DNA of 64,000 bases, from the NCBI GenBank assembly GCA_973895155.1, contig OZ316899.1, positions 12,589,934 through 12,653,933 of the forward strand, in the 5' to 3' direction. The position numbers and the translations under genes are program-made. The DNA is from Marsupella aquatica (Eukaryota > Plantae > Marchantiophyta). How positions within the stretch are numbered: the first letter of the stretch is position 1; each line of letters opens with the position of its first letter. The notes below the pieces were generated by a model that searched no databases, was not told the DNA's origin, and worked only from the letters and a program-made list of their open reading frames with translations. Shown here in pieces: positions 59,572 through 64,000 of the stretch.

Positions 59572-62500
59572 ATGAATACAGTCGAAAAATTATTATGGCC
59601 AGCACTTAAAGTCGACGGATCCAACTATTTGACGTGGATCACAGATGTCGAAACTTACTTTACATCACAAGACCTTGAAGACACCTTAGATACCGACATC
59701 GATGTCACGCTCAAACAAAAGGCTAAGGCAGCGTTTCTACTCAGGCAACATCTAACCCCTCAACTAAAGAATGAGTATATGAACGAAATTAATCCAAGAA
59801 AACTATGGGATCTCCTCAAAGCCCGATTTGATCATATGAGGGAGATATGGCTCCCAGAGGCAAGAAGGGATTGGCATAACCTGCGCGTCATGGACCACAC
59901 CACAATTGCCAATTACAATAGCGCACTGTGCAGAATTACATCTCAATTAGAAATGTGTGGACATCCAATAAATGACATAGATAGAATCGATAAGACACTA
60001 TCGACATTCCCTGAATCTAATATCACATTAGGTACACAATATAGGAACATGCGTTTCACTAAGTACTCAGATCTGATTGCTCACTTACTTGTGGAAGAGA
60101 AGCAACAGATCGTGGCCTTGCAAAACGCCATAAAGCGCCCAGCAGGATCAGACCCCCCACCACATCGACCTGAAACCCACTACACCAATTATGAAGACAA
60201 ACAACGAGGAAATTACCGGGGCGGACGAACTCAATTCAGAGGCGGAAGAAACCAATTCAGGGGCGGGAGAAATCAATTCAGAGGACAAGGCAAACCTTAT
60301 AACCGACCCTCCGGATCCAATAACACGTGGCGCAGAGGCACCATGAATAATAGAGGAAGAGGACGAAGCAACCAATACGACACTGCAAACAATTCCCAGA
60401 AAATGTGTTACCGATGTGGCAAAATTGGCCACATTAGAAACGCATGTGCAGCCACAGAACAAGAGGCCCACAGATACATAAACGACAGAAATAAGTCCAG
60501 ACAAAACCCCCAAGGACATTATATGGAGATAGAAGAAGAATTGATTGCCTCTCAGAGAGAAGAAACACAAGAACAGATAGAAGTACATACCTCTCTTACT
60601 GACTGGAAATACCCGACATTAGACGACCCCGATACGGGCATCATCGACAGCGGAACCTCACATACTATCTTAAAACACAGCAAGTATTTCGAGGCCATCA
60701 CCCCATCATCCCGCGCTATCACCACCATAGCAGGACTTAATCATATAGAAGAAGGCAAAGGACGAGCCACATTTATACTACCAGGAGGAACTAAAATCAC
60801 CGTGAAGTCAGCAATTTATGCCCCGAAAGCAACCCGAAACCTCATCAGCTTCCAGGATATCAGATCCAATAACCTCCAACTGCGCACGAATACTCAGGGC
60901 AAAACAGAGACATTACAGATCATACAAGACATACAGGGTAAGCCATCCATTAAAGAAACATTTGCATTGATCCCCCCAGGCCTATACGCAACCAGTATCC
61001 AAACATTCCATATACACCAAGAATCAGAGGATATGACATACATCTGGCACTGTCGACTGGGCCACCCGGGTACCACTATGTACAACAGGATTATAAGGGA
61101 CTCCAAAGGAATCCCCAAGACAGTCAAGCCAAAGGTAAAAACAGCCTGCATAGCGTGCTCACAAGGAAAAATGACCATACGACCATCAATACCAAAAACA
61201 ATATTTTCAATACCACAGTTCCTAGAGCAGATCAATGCAGATATCTGCGGACCTATAGACCCCCCGAGCGGCCCTTTCAAATATTTCCTGGTAATCATCG
61301 ACTCATCAACTAAATGGCTGCAGATTTCATTGCTATCTACCCGCAACTTGGCATTTGCGCGGATCTTAGCACATATTCTTAAATTAAGAGCACAGTTCCC
61401 AGAGTATCCTACAAGAAGATTAAGAGTAGATGGAGCTGGCGAGTTCACATCAAGAACATTCGACGACTTTTGCTGGGCAGCGGGCATCGATACTCAATAT
61501 CCAGTTCCCCACGTTCATTTTCAGAACGGTATAGCTGAGTCGGTTATTAAGAGACTTCAAATGGTGGCAAGACCACTGTTAATGAAGTCAAACTTACCCA
61601 CATCAGCATGGGGACATGCCATCCTTCACGCAGCTGCACTAATCCAATATAGACCGTCAGCATATAACTCTAAGACACCATACCACCTGGCGTTCGGCAT
61701 ACCACCGGACCTGTCCCACCTACGCGTTTTCGGATGCCAGGTAATGGTGCCTATCTTAGGACCAAAGAGAACAAAACTCGGACCCCAACGGAATGCAGGT
61801 ATCTATGTTGGGTTTGACTCTACTTCGATCATTAGATACCTTGAACCGACTACGGCAGACCTGTTCAAGGCAAGACATCAGGACTGCCATTTTTATGAAG
61901 ATCAATTCCCACAGCTCACGAATACAGCATCAACACAATCCAAGGACACAACGAAAATGCCCATAAATTGGAAAGCAGACCAAAACAGAAATGACCCCAG
62001 AACCAAGCAGGCAGACGAAGAAGTCAGAAGACTTCTCCACCTACATGAAATGCTCGAAAAGATTCCAGACTCATTTAACGACGCTGCAAATGTCACAAGA
62101 TCCCACAACTTAGCAGCTAATGCGCCATCGCGAGTACAAACCTCCTCGACACCGGCCAATGTAACAGCCCCCAGAGCAAAGCGAGGCAGACCACCAGGGA
62201 TCAAGGACTCCCAGCCTCGCCAACGTAAAACTCCAGCAGCAAACTTGGGTACACCCGCGCTGGAACCAGCGATCACACTTAACGTGACAGCGATAAATCA
62301 AAACGACCCACTGAGTGAAGAAAACGAGGAAATGTCAATCACATACATGCAAACAGGTAACATATATAAACGACTGACAACCCAAATTGATGAACAATTT
62401 GCCTATAACGTAATACAGGAAATCACCAACGATATTCCTGATCCGCTCACTATAAACGAGGCAAAGAAACAACCAGATTGGCCAAAGTGGCAAGCAGCAA

Positions 62501-64000
62501 TACATACCGAGATGGACGCCCTCATCAAGCGACAAGTATTCGGACCATTTAAAATGGCATTACCAGGTACACATTACACCGACTCTCGATTTACATTCTT
62601 GAAAAAACGAAATGAGAAAGGCATAGTAGTAAGATATCGAGCCCGGCTAGTAGCCAAAGGCTACACACAAATCCCGGGCAGGGACTACGATTTAACATAC
62701 TCACCAGTAATGGACGCTACTACATATCGCTATCTCACAGCACATTCAGTCCACCATAAACTGGTTAATAACCTTATGGACGTGGTAACCGCGTACCTTT
62801 ACGGCACACTCGATACTGAGATATACATGACTGCCCCCCCGGAACTGATAGAGAGGGTCAAGCAGCACATTCAGGGGGAGACGTCCCAGAACCTGAATAC
62901 AGAGATTAAAAAGGGCATCAGCCAAATAATACCTGATGGGGATACAAAGGCCCTCTTGATGCAAAGTGGAAATACACAGGCAATGCATACCAGAGGAAAG
63001 AAATTAACAACAAAACTTACAGTCCAAGTGTTACGTTCCATCAACGGACTTAAACAGAGCGGCAGAATCTGGTATCAGAAATTCCAGACAGAGATGCTCG
63101 CCCTCGGATTTACAAATAGCGGACTGGCCCCCTGCATCTTCATCAAAAAGCATATGGACGAAGTCCTGATACTAGCACTGTACGTGGACGATGTGAACTT
63201 ATTCGGGACTAAACAGATGATGAAAGACACAATACATACACTGAAAGGAGTCTTCGAGATGAAGGACCTTGGAAGACCCAACCACTGCCTAGGCCTGCAG
63301 ATCGAACACTTAGAAACAGGCATATTCCTTTACCAATCGACATACACGCAGAAGATACTTCATCAATTCAACATGCAGAAATCCTACCCTGTCTCCACCC
63401 CGATGGAACTCAGATCTCTAGACCCGATCAAAGATATGTTTCGGAAGCGCCAAGAAGACGAACCCATACTGGGATCAGAAAAACCGTACCTATCAGCGGT
63501 GGGCGCCCTTATGTATCTAGCGAACCAGACGAGACCTGACATATCGTTCGCCGTCAGTCTCTTAGCGAGACACAGCGCACAGCCCACCATCAGGCATTGG
63601 AACGGCATCAAGAGGATCATGAGATACCTACAAGGGACGATCGACCTTGGACTATTCTTTCCTAAGAATAGCCCCGATACGCTTACCGGTTACACTGATG
63701 CCGGCTACCTGTCGGACCCCCAGGACTCCAAATCACAGACTGGGTACGTGTTCTTACAGGGGACGACAGCAATATCTTGGCGAAGTTCAAAGCAAACGAT
63801 GACCACAACGTCATCCAACCACTCGGAAATCATAGCGTTATACGAGGCGTGCAGAGAAGCTGTATGGCTACGAAGCATTATCAATCATATTAGGTCCAGC
63901 ACCGGTAAACCACAGATAACAGAGCCAACCACAATCTACGAAGACAATAAGGCGTGTATCGACCAGATAACCAACGGAATCCTGAAGACCGAGAGGACCA
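59572..64000 (+). CDS. Ty1/Copia (Bianca-like) gag-pol polyprotein, uninterrupted, runs off the window end
   Basis: Frame 1 from ATG 59572. Gag ALKVDGSNYLTW...LWDLLKARFDH..WLPEARRDW, CYRCGKIGHIRNAC knuckle, PR IIDSGTSHTIL, WHCRLGHP, INT DICGP/VDGAGEF/QNGIAE, RT YVDDVNLFG, RNase H GYTDAGYLSD/YEDNKAC. It is absent from the ORF track, consistent with no stop before the edge. Confidence 0.94.
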   Translation, partial: MNTVEKLLWPALKVDGSNYLTWITDVETYFTSQDLEDTLDTDIDVTLKQKAKAAFLLRQHLTPQLKNEYMNEINPRKLWDLLKARFDHMREIWLPEARRDWHNLRVMDHTTIANYNSALCRITSQLEMCGHPINDIDRIDKTLSTFPESNITLGTQYRNMRFTKYSDLIAHLLVEEKQQIVALQNAIKRPAGSDPPPHRPETHYTNYEDKQRGNYRGGRTQFRGGRNQFRGGRNQFRGQGKPYNRPSGSNNTWRRGTMNNRGRGRSNQYDTANNSQKMCYRCGKIGHIRNACAATEQEAHRYINDRNKSRQNPQGHYMEIEEELIASQREETQEQIEVHTSLTDWKYPTLDDPDTGIIDSGTSHTILKHSKYFEAITPSSRAITTIAGLNHIEEGKGRATFILPGGTKITVKSAIYAPKATRNLISFQDIRSNNLQLRTNTQGKTETLQIIQDIQGKPSIKETFALIPPGLYATSIQTFHIHQESEDMTYIWHCRLGHPGTTMYNRIIRDSKGIPKTVKPKVKTACIACSQGKMTIRPSIPKTIFSIPQFLEQINADICGPIDPPSGPFKYFLVIIDSSTKWLQISLLSTRNLAFARILAHILKLRAQFPEYPTRRLRVDGAGEFTSRTFDDFCWAAGIDTQYPVPHVHFQNGIAESVIKRLQMVARPLLMKSNLPTSAWGHAILHAAALIQYRPSAYNSKTPYHLAFGIPPDLSHLRVFGCQVMVPILGPKRTKLGPQRNAGIYVGFDSTSIIRYLEPTTADLFKARHQDCHFYEDQFPQLTNTASTQSKDTTKMPINWKADQNRNDPRTKQADEEVRRLLHLHEMLEKIPDSFNDAANVTRSHNLAANAPSRVQTSSTPANVTAPRAKRGRPPGIKDSQPRQRKTPAANLGTPALEPAITLNVTAINQNDPLSEENEEMSITYMQTGNIYKRLTTQIDEQFAYNVIQEITNDIPDPLTINEAKKQPDWPKWQAAIHTEMDALIKRQVFGPFKMALPGTHYTDSRFTFLKKRNEKGIVVRYRARLVAKGYTQIPGRDYDLTYSPVMDATTYRYLTAHSVHHKLVNNLMDVVTAYLYGTLDTEIYMTAPPELIERVKQHIQGETSQNLNTEIKKGISQIIPDGDTKALLMQSGNTQAMHTRGKKLTTKLTVQVLRSINGLKQSGRIWYQKFQTEMLALGFTNSGLAPCIFIKKHMDEVLILALYVDDVNLFGTKQMMKDTIHTLKGVFEMKDLGRPNHCLGLQIEHLETGIFLYQSTYTQKILHQFNMQKSYPVSTPMELRSLDPIKDMFRKRQEDEPILGSEKPYLSAVGALMYLANQTRPDISFAVSLLARHSAQPTIRHWNGIKRIMRYLQGTIDLGLFFPKNSPDTLTGYTDAGYLSDPQDSKSQTGYVFLQGTTAISWRSSKQTMTTTSSNHSEIIALYEACREAVWLRSIINHIRSSTGKPQITEPTTIYEDNKACIDQITNGILKTERT

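Overview
Plant, probably bryophyte (moss-like PLS PPR pseudogene, plant tRNA-type primer sites), repeat-dense nuclear DNA with no intact host gene. Bases 1-48.9k are a stack of nested non-chromovirus (Athila/Phygy-like) Ty3/Gypsy LTR retrotransposons. Three boundaries are fixed by target-site duplications (TSDs): family B (13542-46740, - strand, TSD TTGGT) contains family A copy A2 (25005-42668, - strand, TSD GTCCC), which contains a family C solo LTR (32037-36026, + strand, TSD CCATC). B itself sits in an older A-family LTR (A3), which sits in another (A4). Further truncated A, C and unassigned LTR pieces occupy 1-13.5k. Main observation: in all three families the LTRs are very large (3.3-4.7 kb) and each LTR carries a sense-strand gene of about 600-1200 codons behind a TATA-like box. 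The three proteins share one recognisable domain, resembling the plant mobile domain (PMD), plus a coiled coil, so a solo LTR is a self-contained gene cassette. Also seen: a conserved U5 stem-loop shared by three LTR families, 12-bp-periodic CCGG arrays across family B, and telomere-repeat sequence at two rearrangement junctions. The right end holds a 5'-truncated L1-type LINE, a Mutator-like foldback element, a PLS PPR pseudogene, and an apparently intact Bianca-type Ty1/Copia element running off the window. Family letters are my own labels. Domain calls are by eye, not from database searches.
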